The notes under the pieces: model-generated
Database searches by the model: none
Told to the model about the DNA's origin: nothing
What the model saw: only the letters and a program-made list of their open reading frames with translations
Program-made: the position numbers and the translations under genes
Assembly (NCBI GenBank): GCA_001824825.1
Contig: MHTK01000006.1
Location: 252,138-316,137, forward strand
Origin: Candidatus Vogelbacteria bacterium RIFOXYD1_FULL_46_19
Lineage (GTDB): Bacteria > Patescibacteriota > Minisyncoccia > Phycocordibacterales > XYD1-FULL-46-19
Length of the DNA: 64,000 bases
Direction: 5' to 3'
Shown: positions 1 through 8,329 of the stretch, one piece after another
Position numbering within the stretch: position 1 is the stretch's first letter
Layout of the letters: the number at the start of each line of letters is the position of its first letter

Positions 1-63
1 TGACTAATCTATAGACTTGAGACGGCATTTTGGCCCAGCCGGCAAACAAGCTATAATAAGCTA

Positions 64-1059
64 ATGGAACAAGAATTTGATTTTGTCGCCGTCGGCGATA
101 TTACTACCGACGCTTTTATAAAGTTGAGAGACGCAGAAGTTAATTGTGATATTAATAAAACCAACTGCCAAATTTGCCTGCGCTTTGGTGATAAAGTGCC
201 CTACGAAGATGTAACCATTGTTCCCGCTGTCGGCAATAGCCCTAACGCCGCGGTCGCCGCTAGCCGTCTAGGCTTACACTCAGCCTTAGTCACCAATGTC
301 GGCGATGACCACGACGGCAAAGAAGCCATCGGAACACTAGAAAAAGATATGGTGGACACTCGCTTCGTTCAAATAAACGATGGCCAAAAAACCAATTATC
401 ATTATGTTCTACAATATGGAGCGGAACGAACGATCTTGATTAAACATGAAGAGTACCCCTATCGTCTGCCCGAGATTGGTAGCCCTAAATGGCTTTATCT
501 AAGTTCCTTGGGTGAAAATTCTCTACCCTTTCACCACCAGTTAGCTACCTTCATTAAAACCCACCCCCAAGTGAAATTAGCCTTCCAGCCTGGTACTTTT
601 CAAATGAAGTTAGGTCTTAGCGAACTCGAAGATATTTATGAGGTAACCGAACTATTTTTCTGTAATACGGATGAGGCCCGCCGGATTTTACAAGTCGAAA
701 CTAAAGATGAACTAGAACTGCTGAAGGCTATACATGAACACGGCCCAAAAATTGTCGTTATCACCGATGGTCCCAAAGGAGCTTACGCTTATGACGGCGT
801 TAACGCCTGGCATATGCCTATTTACCCCGATCCTAAAGCACCAGTTGACCGAACCGGGGCCGGTGACGCTTTTGCCTCTACTTTTACCGCAATGATGACA
901 GTCGGCCTGTCTATCCCAGAGGCCCTAGCGCGAGCCCCGATCAACTCGATGTCCGTCGTTCAATTCATCGGCGCCCAAGCTGGTCTCTTGACCAGAGAAA
1001 AACTAGAGAATCATCTGGCTCAAGCACCCGATCACTATCAACCACAACAGATTATTTGA
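64..1059 (+). CDS. pfkB-family carbohydrate kinase (ribokinase-like)
   Basis: 331-aa ORF; C-terminal 'DRTGAGDAFASTF' matches the pfkB/ribokinase ATP-binding signature; N-terminal 'VAVGDITTD' glycine-rich sugar-binding region. Confidence 0.7.
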   Translation: MEQEFDFVAVGDITTDAFIKLRDAEVNCDINKTNCQICLRFGDKVPYEDVTIVPAVGNSPNAAVAASRLGLHSALVTNVGDDHDGKEAIGTLEKDMVDTRFVQINDGQKTNYHYVLQYGAERTILIKHEEYPYRLPEIGSPKWLYLSSLGENSLPFHHQLATFIKTHPQVKLAFQPGTFQMKLGLSELEDIYEVTELFFCNTDEARRILQVETKDELELLKAIHEHGPKIVVITDGPKGAYAYDGVNAWHMPIYPDPKAPVDRTGAGDAFASTFTAMMTVGLSIPEALARAPINSMSVVQFIGAQAGLLTREKLENHLAQAPDHYQPQQII

Positions 1060-1167
1060 TCCTGACTAATTTTTTTAGGGCTATGGGAATGAATCTATAA
1101 ATTTTTAGGCGTTAGTAAATAGATCTTCATTATCGTATCCTAAAAACAATTAGAATAAGAAGTATCC

Positions 1168-1206
1168 CCACAAAAAATATACCCCCGAGCTCAAAAGCGT
1201 CGGGGG
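1168..1206 (-). terminator. rho-independent terminator (minus strand): hairpin CCCCCGAGC..GCGTCGGGGG followed on minus strand by a U-run
   Basis: Hairpin 1182-1206 with A-run 1170-1180 on plus strand (U-run on minus-strand transcript). Confidence 0.55.
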
Positions 1207-1220
1207 TAATAGGGAGTGGC

Positions 1221-1990
1221 TGAAAGCCACGAATCTTTATTTTGGCGGGGGCAAACCGGTGTACACGGACCCTCCTTTCTTGGTGGAGTGCGGTTTATCG
1301 CGCCTATTTCGGGGAGGCCCGGGGGGGGCGACCAATCTTGCTCATTGAGGGGCTCCTTCTTGTTTGTCCCCAAGGACAACAATTAATTAAAAGCCCACCC
1401 CATCTAATCCACATATAAATATACCTGAGTTAGACCCCAGATGTCAAGGGGCTGACGGGGATATGTTTTAAATAGTATTCAAAGAAAAAGAAAAGGACCA
1501 ACCGAGCTTCGCTGGGTTGGTCCTCTGCACCTAGGTCGGTGCTCTCGCACGGACGCATTGACGCATGGTGGTTTCCTCCGTTTGGCCGCATCGCCTTGTC
1601 GTCGCAGCAGCGTCGTTGGAAGTTTTTTTGAAAAAACAAACAAGAAAGATCAAGGGGGTCTCGAGGCCACCAGCTCCGTTTAATCAACACTTTCGGGCTG
1701 GTGGCCGGCGAGACCCAACCGCCCGCTTGGTCGGCCCATGTGGCCGGAGCGGACGTGTCGTCGCTCGGCTAGGTGCCGTGGGCGAACGTCGTCGTCGCGG
1801 AACGCGCGCAATTTTCCAAAATAAAAGGATCGGAATAGGCCCAACACCAGATATGTTTCATCACACATTCCTCCTTGCTCTCTTGGGAGCGGTTTTTTAC
1901 TGCGACCAGCTTGAGCCAGTCGTGATGAGAATATCCTAGCACAACCTCAGAATTTGTCAAACTCTAGTAGTTGGTTTTAATTTTGAGCTC
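1221..1990. ncRNA. GC-rich non-coding island, candidate structured RNA(s), class unassigned
   Basis: ~770 nt clearly GC-richer than the flanks; only short, mutually overlapping Arg/Pro-rich ORFs in all frames; bounded by terminators at 1168-1206 and 2001-2028; tmRNA-like 5' motif GGGGCUGACGGGG at 1449 (plus strand); no RNase P or SRP consensus found by eye. Confidence 0.35.
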
Positions 1991-2000
1991 GGCTCCTCCT

Positions 2001-2028
2001 AAAAAAGCTTTATTTTATAAAGCTTTTT
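2001..2028. terminator. palindromic A/T-flanked hairpin (bidirectional terminator) overlapping gpsA stop codon
   Basis: aaaaagcttta-tttt-ataaagcttttt near-perfect palindrome. Confidence 0.55.
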
Positions 2029-2944
2029 ACAAGTTCTGCAACAGTTTATTAAATTCCTCCTGAGATGGCTCCTGGCGGACCATGACTGCCGCCACAGCCA
2101 CTAAAAAGGGTAGCTCGGCCTTGATCTGATCCAGTCGAGGCAAGAGTAGAGGTAAGGCTAAGCTTCCCTCGCTCGCTAATTCACTCTGACTGTTTGCCAC
2201 CAAACCTTCCCCTACCGCACGGTTCTGTGAGTGTTCACTGCCGGCGGTCGCTACCAAGTCGCCTACCCCGGCCCAAGACCACACAGTGGCCTCCGCTCCA
2301 CCCAAGTGAGTGATAATTAAAGTCATTTCCAAGAGCGCTTGCGCTACCAATACTCCGTAGCTATTAGCTCCCAACGCTAAGGCATCGGCGATCGCCAAAC
2401 CTAAAGTATAAATATTTTTGGTTACTCCCACGACATTTAAACCTCTCACATCGTTGGTGGTTTTTACCCGTAGAAGCGATTGATGAAATAAATTCACCAC
2501 CCGATCAGCCACCGACTGATCTGAACTGGCAACCAGAGCATAAGCCCGCTTACCAGCCATTATTTCTTCCGCGAGCATCGGCCCGGACAAAATCACCCAG
2601 GGCTGCTTTGGTAGGGTGCGGGCTAAAACTTCTCCCACGAACTCCCCCTCGTCCGTTACTCCTTTAGACAAACCAACCAAAGTGGTCGCGGGGTCCAATA
2701 TCGGACCAAGTTCCGCCAACACCTCGGGTAAAGCTCGAGCTGGTACAGCTAAAAAAATAATCTGAGCCCCGATAACCAACTCCGCCAAAGACTGGGTAGT
2801 ATTACCTCTAGTCTGTTCACGGTCAAAAATAATCGGCTGATGATGAACTGATAGCAACTTCGCCACTGCCTGCCCAATCTCGCCCCCGCCAATAATTAAA
2901 ATGTTGTCTGTCATATGCCGAATATTATATATTAAGCCCAACAA
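2027..2944 (-). CDS. gpsA: NAD(P)H-dependent glycerol-3-phosphate dehydrogenase
   Basis: 305 aa; N-terminal Rossmann 'ILIIGGGEIGQAVAKLL'; 'NVVGVTKNIYTLGLAIADALALG' GpsA C-terminal domain pattern. Confidence 0.7.
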   Translation of the reverse strand: MLGLIYNIRHMTDNILIIGGGEIGQAVAKLLSVHHQPIIFDREQTRGNTTQSLAELVIGAQIIFLAVPARALPEVLAELGPILDPATTLVGLSKGVTDEGEFVGEVLARTLPKQPWVILSGPMLAEEIMAGKRAYALVASSDQSVADRVVNLFHQSLLRVKTTNDVRGLNVVGVTKNIYTLGLAIADALALGANSYGVLVAQALLEMTLIITHLGGAEATVWSWAGVGDLVATAGSEHSQNRAVGEGLVANSQSELASEGSLALPLLLPRLDQIKAELPFLVAVAAVMVRQEPSQEEFNKLLQNL

Positions 2945-2997
2945 AAGGCCATCTGGTTTTTATCCAAATGGCCTTAGATCCGCTATCTTACTATGAC

Positions 2998-3243
2998 CTA
3001 GTCCTGCCGAATGAAGAAGGAACACTGGCTCCAGCACAACACAGCTTGGTCAAGATCTCGGAAACCAAGACAAAGAATATCGACTCCGTCTCCGACAGCC
3101 TTCCTAACGTCCCTCAAAATAAGATTGGCTTCCTTTCGAGAAACCCGACCTGCTTTCAGTTGAGCGCAAGCTTCACGGAATTCATCTGTGACTCCTTCCA
3201 CAACCTGGGTCATATTCACTCCTCCTCGCTTTATAACTACCAT
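2998..3243 (-). CDS. hypothetical small protein (81 aa)
   Basis: Minus-strand ORF between two minus-strand genes; more protein-like than the overlapping plus-strand ORF 2968-3267; no recognisable domain. Confidence 0.3.
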   Translation of the reverse strand: MVVIKRGGVNMTQVVEGVTDEFREACAQLKAGRVSRKEANLILRDVRKAVGDGVDILCLGFRDLDQAVLCWSQCSFFIRQD

Positions 3244-3330
3244 TTAACTGAAGCATTTCTGACATAAAATTAATTCTAAATCAAGCCTAAAGTTGACCCG
3301 ACCCTTAACCCACATCAAATTACACCACAC

Positions 3331-3357
3331 TTTTCAAATACCAAGGACCGTCCTTGG
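3331..3357 (-). terminator. rho-independent terminator after transketolase C-subunit gene
   Basis: Hairpin ccaagga-ccg-tccttgg (3341-3357) followed on minus strand by UAUUUGAAAA. Confidence 0.45.
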
Positions 3358-3363
3358 AAAAGT

Positions 3364-4359
3364 TTAAACGTTTTTGCGCTCGATTACTTTTTTCACCGCC
3401 ATTATTATATCTTTCACTCCCAAGCTATAATGCTCCAGTAATTCCCCTGGCTCCCCCGACTGGCCAAACTGATCTTGAATTCCTAAAAATTCCACCGGCA
3501 CCGGAGCCTCAGCCGCCAGCATTTCCGCCACTGCTCCCCCCATACCCCCGGCCACCTGATGTTCTTCCACTGTTACCACCGCCCCCGCCTGCCTGGCGTA
3601 TTTGATCACCGTAGCCTTATCTAAAGGCTTGATAGTATGTAAATTAATAACCGACACCGCCACCCCTTCGGCCTCCAGTTTTTTAGCCGCCAGTAGTGAA
3701 AAGTAAACCATTTGCCCACAAGCAATAATGAGCGCCGCCGGTTCGTCGGAATCAAACAAAACTTCTGCCCGCCCTAGTTCAAAAGGTGAAGCCTCGGTCG
3801 TAATCACCGCACTTTTATTACGCGCTAAGCGAATATAAGCCGGACCACCGGAGTCAGCGAGCGCCAAGGTTGCCTTCTCGGCCTCCAAACTATCGGCCGG
3901 GACCACCACCGTCATGCGTGGCAACACCCGCATTAAAGCCATATCCTCAATCGCCTGATGTGTGCCCCCATCGGGCCCCACCGAGACTCCAGCGTGAGCT
4001 CCCACAATTTTAACCGGCACATTATTATAACAAATAGTCGTGCGGATTTGCTCCCAGTTCCGCCCCGGGCTAAACATGGCGTAAGAAGCGGCAAACGGAA
4101 TTTTTCCCATGGTGGCGAGACCCGAAGCCACCGTCACCAAGTTCTGTTCCGCCACCCCCACTTGAATAAAGCGATCCGGAAATTTTTTGGCAAAAGCTTC
4201 AATCCGGGTCGACTCGGTGAGGTCGGCACACAAAGCTACCACTTGCTCATTAGTTTCGCCGGCAGTTACCAAACCACGACCAAAACCATCGCGAATCGCC
4301 TCTTGCTCGATCTGTAAATCAAAAAGTTTCGGATTTAATTTTTGGGTTTTATTAATCAT
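3364..4359 (-). CDS. tktB: transketolase, C-terminal subunit (pyrimidine-binding + C-terminal domains)
   Basis: 331 aa; 'FIQVGVAEQNLVTVASGLA', 'HAGVSVGPDGGTHQAIEDMALMR' are the transketolase Pyr-domain signatures; separate N-terminal subunit gene at 5019-5888. Confidence 0.8.
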   Translation of the reverse strand: MINKTQKLNPKLFDLQIEQEAIRDGFGRGLVTAGETNEQVVALCADLTESTRIEAFAKKFPDRFIQVGVAEQNLVTVASGLATMGKIPFAASYAMFSPGRNWEQIRTTICYNNVPVKIVGAHAGVSVGPDGGTHQAIEDMALMRVLPRMTVVVPADSLEAEKATLALADSGGPAYIRLARNKSAVITTEASPFELGRAEVLFDSDEPAALIIACGQMVYFSLLAAKKLEAEGVAVSVINLHTIKPLDKATVIKYARQAGAVVTVEEHQVAGGMGGAVAEMLAAEAPVPVEFLGIQDQFGQSGEPGELLEHYSLGVKDIIMAVKKVIERKNV

Positions 4360-4360
4360 T

Positions 4361-5032
4361 TTATTTACTATCTAAAAATCTCCGAACTCGATCTTCTAAA
4401 TTTAGTTCCTCTGTTGAAGCCAACTCTTGAGCTTTTGCAAATTTATCTTTTTCATCTAACCACTCATTACCAGAACCCAATCGATCCCAGATGTTTTCTT
4501 TAGTAAAACCAACCTTTTCTAAAGCATTAGTTGTAGGATTATCTTGTTGTACATCGATATCATTAACTTCTGCTGGTCTAAAATCAGGGCTGTATATTTC
4601 CGTAACTACTCCATATATAAAGGGTTCCTTTCCTTCTTTTTTAGCATAAAATTCAGACAACCGTGCTTTAGCTTTATCATCCACCACTCTAAATTCATTT
4701 TTCAGCCATTCTGGTAAATTTAAGGTATAAACCGTGACCACGTTTTTTCTTATACTATACCCATATTTTTTAAAAGCTTGACCTATCAGTTCACCATTCT
4801 TGATTTCCTCATTAATTTTAGTAACCTCTTCATCTTTACTATCAAAGGTTAAAAAAGTAAGCGCATAAGTTCTAGAAATACCTTCTTGATCACAAATATG
4901 AATTTCTCTAATTTGATCGTCGTGTCTTAAAATTTCCGCATGAACCTTACCATACTTCTCTTCCAAAACATCCGTATGTAAACGGTCTATCAAAGGAAAA
5001 TGTTCAACTTGGAGCTTTTCAATCATTTTCAC
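4361..5032 (-). CDS. hypothetical protein (223 aa), AT-rich gene inserted between the two transketolase subunit genes
   Basis: ORF with 1-nt gap to tktB and 14-nt overlap with tktA-subunit gene (translational coupling); markedly lower GC than both neighbours; no recognised motif. Confidence 0.5.
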   Translation of the reverse strand: MKMIEKLQVEHFPLIDRLHTDVLEEKYGKVHAEILRHDDQIREIHICDQEGISRTYALTFLTFDSKDEEVTKINEEIKNGELIGQAFKKYGYSIRKNVVTVYTLNLPEWLKNEFRVVDDKAKARLSEFYAKKEGKEPFIYGVVTEIYSPDFRPAEVNDIDVQQDNPTTNALEKVGFTKENIWDRLGSGNEWLDEKDKFAKAQELASTEELNLEDRVRRFLDSK

Positions 5033-5888
5033 TTTTTATTTTACCATTTAAAGTACGAAGCTCCGCTAGAGCTTTCTTCCCCTCCTCCTCACTCGGGGGC
5101 TTGCCGTGCCACTCATACTGGCGTTCAAAGGCTTTAACGCCTCGCCCAGGAATGGTATGAGCAATAATCACCGTCGGTCGGCCAAACACCGCTTGGGCCT
5201 CTCCCACGGCGGCTACAATTTCCTCAAAATTGTGCCCGTCTATTTCCACTACATGCCAATTAAAACTATCAAACTTCTCGGCCAGTGGCTCGAGCGGCAT
5301 AATATCTTTAGTGAAGCCGTCGATCTGGATCCCATTCCGATCGATAATAGTAATCAAATTGCTTAGGCCATATTTACCAGCGAGCATCACCGCCTCCCAA
5401 GTATTACCTTCCTCTAGTTCCCCATCACTTAACAGAGCGTAAATATAGCGGTCTGAAGTAAGACCATGATCCATCCGGTCAGCCAGCGCCATCCCACAAG
5501 CTTGTGATAAGCCCGAGCCCAAGGGGCCGGAACTGGTTTCTAAGTATGGCAAAAATTCCCGATGCGGGTGACCTTGCAAACGACTACCAAACCGACGCAA
5601 AGTTTTTAACTCCGCCACCGGAAAATAACCCGCGTGCGCCAAAGTAGCGTAATAAACCGGACAAATATGGCCATTGGATAAAACCAGGCGGTCGCGGTCG
5701 GGCCAGTCTGGCCGAGCCGGGTCGTGGCGTAAAATGTGAAAATAGAGAGCCGTAAAAATATCGGACATCCCCAAGGGACCGGCGGTATGGCCAGAGCGCG
5801 CCTCGAGCAAAGACCCGATAATAGACTGACGAATATTATTCGCCGTTTCCGTCAACAACTCAATTTTTTCATCTGTTAAAGTTTCCAT
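5019..5888 (-). CDS. tktA: transketolase, N-terminal subunit (TPP-binding)
   Basis: 'GHTAGPLGMSDIF', 'LSDGELEEGNTWEAVMLAGKYGLSNLITIIDRNGIQIDG' TPP-binding motif; ORF extends to 5918 but likely start is Met at 5888 (METLTDEKIE...). Confidence 0.8.
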   Translation of the reverse strand: METLTDEKIELLTETANNIRQSIIGSLLEARSGHTAGPLGMSDIFTALYFHILRHDPARPDWPDRDRLVLSNGHICPVYYATLAHAGYFPVAELKTLRRFGSRLQGHPHREFLPYLETSSGPLGSGLSQACGMALADRMDHGLTSDRYIYALLSDGELEEGNTWEAVMLAGKYGLSNLITIIDRNGIQIDGFTKDIMPLEPLAEKFDSFNWHVVEIDGHNFEEIVAAVGEAQAVFGRPTVIIAHTIPGRGVKAFERQYEWHGKPPSEEEGKKALAELRTLNGKIKSEND

Positions 5889-5897
5889 ATGTTCCCT

Positions 5898-5991
5898 CTC
5901 GCTCCTGTTTGAAAACACTCATAAAAGTCTGCTGACTTTTTGTTCCGCTCGCGCCGTCGCGCTGCGCGAGGTTTTCAAACAGGAGCGAGAA
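5898..5991. repeat. perfect 20-bp inverted repeat flanking a 54-nt GC-rich core (long stem-loop)
   Basis: tctcgctcctgtttgaaaac (5898-5917) is the exact reverse complement of gttttcaaacaggagcgaga (5972-5991); inner ctcgcgc/gcgcgag sub-stem. Confidence 0.6.
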
Positions 5992-5999
5992 TATTTTTA

Positions 6000-6629
6000 T
6001 TATAACTTTTTAAACCCCTCCAAGGTACCGACAATGTCCCCGCTGTGCCAGAGGGCCGAGCCCACCACCAAGCTGGCCGCCCCGGCTTTAATTATATCCG
6101 GTGCTGTTGCTAAATTAACCCCGCCATCAAGCTGAATCACCCCCGTGGGCCAGCGACTCTTTAAAGTGGCAATTTTATCTAAAACAGCCGAATCAAACTT
6201 TTCGCCTTGAAAACCCACTTTTTTTATCCCCATCAGCTGAATCATTTCCACTGCTTCCAAATAAGGCAGAACTTCCTCCAGTGGCGTGTCAACCAACAGA
6301 GATAAAGCCAACTTGCTTTGAGCTCCCTTCATAGTAGTAACCATATCAGCGAGAACGTCCGTACTTTCCACTTGTACAATAATTCGATCAGCTACCCAAA
6401 CCCAATTAGGTAAAACTTCTTCCGGTTTTTCCACCATCAAATGAACTTCGGCCATAATCCGCCCAGGTAGCAAAGATAAGTCGTCGGGAGTGTTCCAAGT
6501 TGTCACCGGTACAAAATCGCCGTCGGCCACATCCAAGTGTATCCAGGGACTTTGACTTTCCACCTGTTTAATTTTGGTTTCAATTTCGAGCCAAGTCGAG
6601 GCTAGAACGGCCGGCATAATATTGACCAT
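6000..6629 (-). CDS. rpe: ribulose-phosphate 3-epimerase
   Basis: 209 aa; 'IHLDVADGDFVP' and 'VHLMVEKPE' match RPE metal-binding His/Asp motifs. Confidence 0.7.
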   Translation of the reverse strand: MVNIMPAVLASTWLEIETKIKQVESQSPWIHLDVADGDFVPVTTWNTPDDLSLLPGRIMAEVHLMVEKPEEVLPNWVWVADRIIVQVESTDVLADMVTTMKGAQSKLALSLLVDTPLEEVLPYLEAVEMIQLMGIKKVGFQGEKFDSAVLDKIATLKSRWPTGVIQLDGGVNLATAPDIIKAGAASLVVGSALWHSGDIVGTLEGFKKL

Positions 6630-6643
6630 ACTAATTTGTCTGT

Positions 6644-7180
6644 TTAGAAATAATTTTCCTCAGTGGTATCACTATCAATCTTTTTGATCCGGCGCTGATG
6701 GCGCGGAGTTTCCGGATAACTTGTTTCCAACCAGAGCTTCACGCTATTTTTAGCTTCAGTGTCGGTCATAAAACGCGCGCCTAAAGATAAAATATTAGCA
6801 TCATTATGCTGTCGCGAGAGTTTAAGTATCTCTTCATTGCCACCATAGTAAACTACCGCTCGCACCCCCGGGTAACGATTGACTACTACCGCTTCCCCTT
6901 GACCCGAGCCGCCGATTATAATGGCGGCATAATGGCCAGGTTCGGCGGAAACCCGTTTGCCAGCTAGATGCATATAGCCAGGGTAATCATCTTCGGGCTC
7001 TAAAGTATAAGCTCCCAGATCTTCCACCTCATAACCCTCCGACCTTAAAAAAGGTTTAAGGTCTTCTTTTAGTGGCCACCCGGCGTGGTCAGCAGCCAAA
7101 AGAATAGTTTTCCGCTTATGATCCACCGCCTGGCGAGCAGCGGCTGTTTTTAATTCTAAATCTTTGATTAGTTCATCCAT
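6644..7180 (-). CDS. rpiB: ribose-5-phosphate isomerase B (RpiB/LacAB family)
   Basis: 178 aa; 'ILLAADHAGWPLKE', 'AIIIGGSGQGEAVVVNRYPGVRAVV', 'DANILSLGARF' typical RpiB. Confidence 0.7.
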   Translation of the reverse strand: MDELIKDLELKTAAARQAVDHKRKTILLAADHAGWPLKEDLKPFLRSEGYEVEDLGAYTLEPEDDYPGYMHLAGKRVSAEPGHYAAIIIGGSGQGEAVVVNRYPGVRAVVYYGGNEEILKLSRQHNDANILSLGARFMTDTEAKNSVKLWLETSYPETPRHQRRIKKIDSDTTEENYF

Positions 7181-7185
7181 AATTA

Positions 7186-8208
7186 TTAGTGCCCGGCGGT
7201 TTTAAGGACATGTTCCACTAAAGTGTTGGCATACCCTAGTTCATTGTCATACCAAGCCAACACTTTCACCAAGTTGCCATCCACCACCCGCGTGCAAGCC
7301 AGGTCGGCAATAGCCGCGTGAGTATTGCCCACTATATCACTTGAAACCAAGGGTTCCTCCGTCACCGTAAAGATATTATGCCAGCGAGGCAAAGTGGCGG
7401 CTTGGCTTAAAATTTCATTAACTTCCGAAGCCGAAGTGGCGCGCTTGGCAATAAAAGTTAGGTCCACTATTGAACCAGTGACCACCGGCACTCGGAGGGC
7501 AATCCCGTCGAATTTATTGATAAGTTCCGGCAAGACTTGAGTCACAGCAATCGCCGCCCCGGTCGACGACGGTACGATGTTTTGGGCGGCGGCCCGACCC
7601 CGGCGGAAGTCCTTGCCATCCGGCCCATCCACCAATTTTTGACTGGCGGTATAGCCATGCACAGTATTTAAAATGGCTTTGTCGATTCCTAGCTCCGCTT
7701 GTAAAATGGCCATCAGTGGGCTCACCGAGTTGGTGGTGCAAGAGGCATTGGAAGTAATAACACAGGTCGACAATTTCTCATCATTCACCCCCATTAACAC
7801 GGTCGCGCCTGGAATACCGGTCGGTGGCTGGTCTTTCACTGGAGCCGAAATGACCACCTTGTGCGCTCCGGCTTCCAGATGGGCTTGGGCTTTAGCATAA
7901 CTATCAAAAACTCCAGTCGATTCCACCACTACGTCCACCTCCAGTTCTCGCCACGGTAGCGCTTGCGGGTCTTTTTCTTGCAGTACTTTTATCTGGTGGG
8001 AACCAATCAATAGCTTACCCTCGCCAACTTCAAGGTCTAATTTAGAGCGACCATAAGCCGTGTCATACTTAAGTAAATAGACCAGGTTGTCCAAGTCCGC
8101 CAAATCATTCACCGCTACCAGTTCAATCTCCGGCCGCTTTAAGGCCAACTTTAAAAACGCCCGACCAATGCGCCCCAAACCATTTATTGCCACCCGAGTT
8201 TTTTTCAT
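7186..8208 (-). CDS. gap: glyceraldehyde-3-phosphate dehydrogenase
   Basis: 340 aa; 'RVAINGLGRIGR' NAD-binding, 'SNASCTTNS' catalytic Cys signature. Confidence 0.85.
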   Translation of the reverse strand: MKKTRVAINGLGRIGRAFLKLALKRPEIELVAVNDLADLDNLVYLLKYDTAYGRSKLDLEVGEGKLLIGSHQIKVLQEKDPQALPWRELEVDVVVESTGVFDSYAKAQAHLEAGAHKVVISAPVKDQPPTGIPGATVLMGVNDEKLSTCVITSNASCTTNSVSPLMAILQAELGIDKAILNTVHGYTASQKLVDGPDGKDFRRGRAAAQNIVPSSTGAAIAVTQVLPELINKFDGIALRVPVVTGSIVDLTFIAKRATSASEVNEILSQAATLPRWHNIFTVTEEPLVSSDIVGNTHAAIADLACTRVVDGNLVKVLAWYDNELGYANTLVEHVLKTAGH

Positions 8209-8329
8209 GAGATTAGAGTGCTTGAAACAATTTGTTAGTTGTTTTTAGTAAAAAACCACCACTGTTTTATTCTTAATAACAGTATAGCAAATAACTAAGA
8301 GATGTAGGCGAGTGAATGGGGAAATCGAC

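Noticed and set aside
1449-1700. tmRNA call from the GGGGCUGACGGGG start
   Set aside because: I could not find a T-arm (GGUUCGAnUCC) plus CCA tail, or a tag reading frame ending in ...AA-stop. It is kept only as a hypothesis inside finding 1.
1191-1960. Short ORFs (63-124 aa) on both strands within the GC-rich island
   Set aside because: They overlap one another in several frames, are Arg/Pro/Gly-rich from GC bias, and have no SD. The region is better explained as non-coding RNA.
1221-1990. RNase P RNA or SRP RNA
   Set aside because: No match on either strand to GGAAAGUCCGGGCUCC, GGUGCGGUAAGAGCGCACC or ACAGAACCCGGCUUA (RNase P), or to the GGAAGGAAGCAGC domain-IV motif (SRP).
2968-3267. 99-aa plus-strand ORF
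   Set aside because: It overlaps the minus-strand ORF 2998-3243, which fits operon orientation better. Neither has homology support, and only the minus ORF is reported, at low confidence.
3354-3605. Pro-rich 83-aa plus ORF
   Set aside because: It is an antisense shadow inside the transketolase C-subunit gene.
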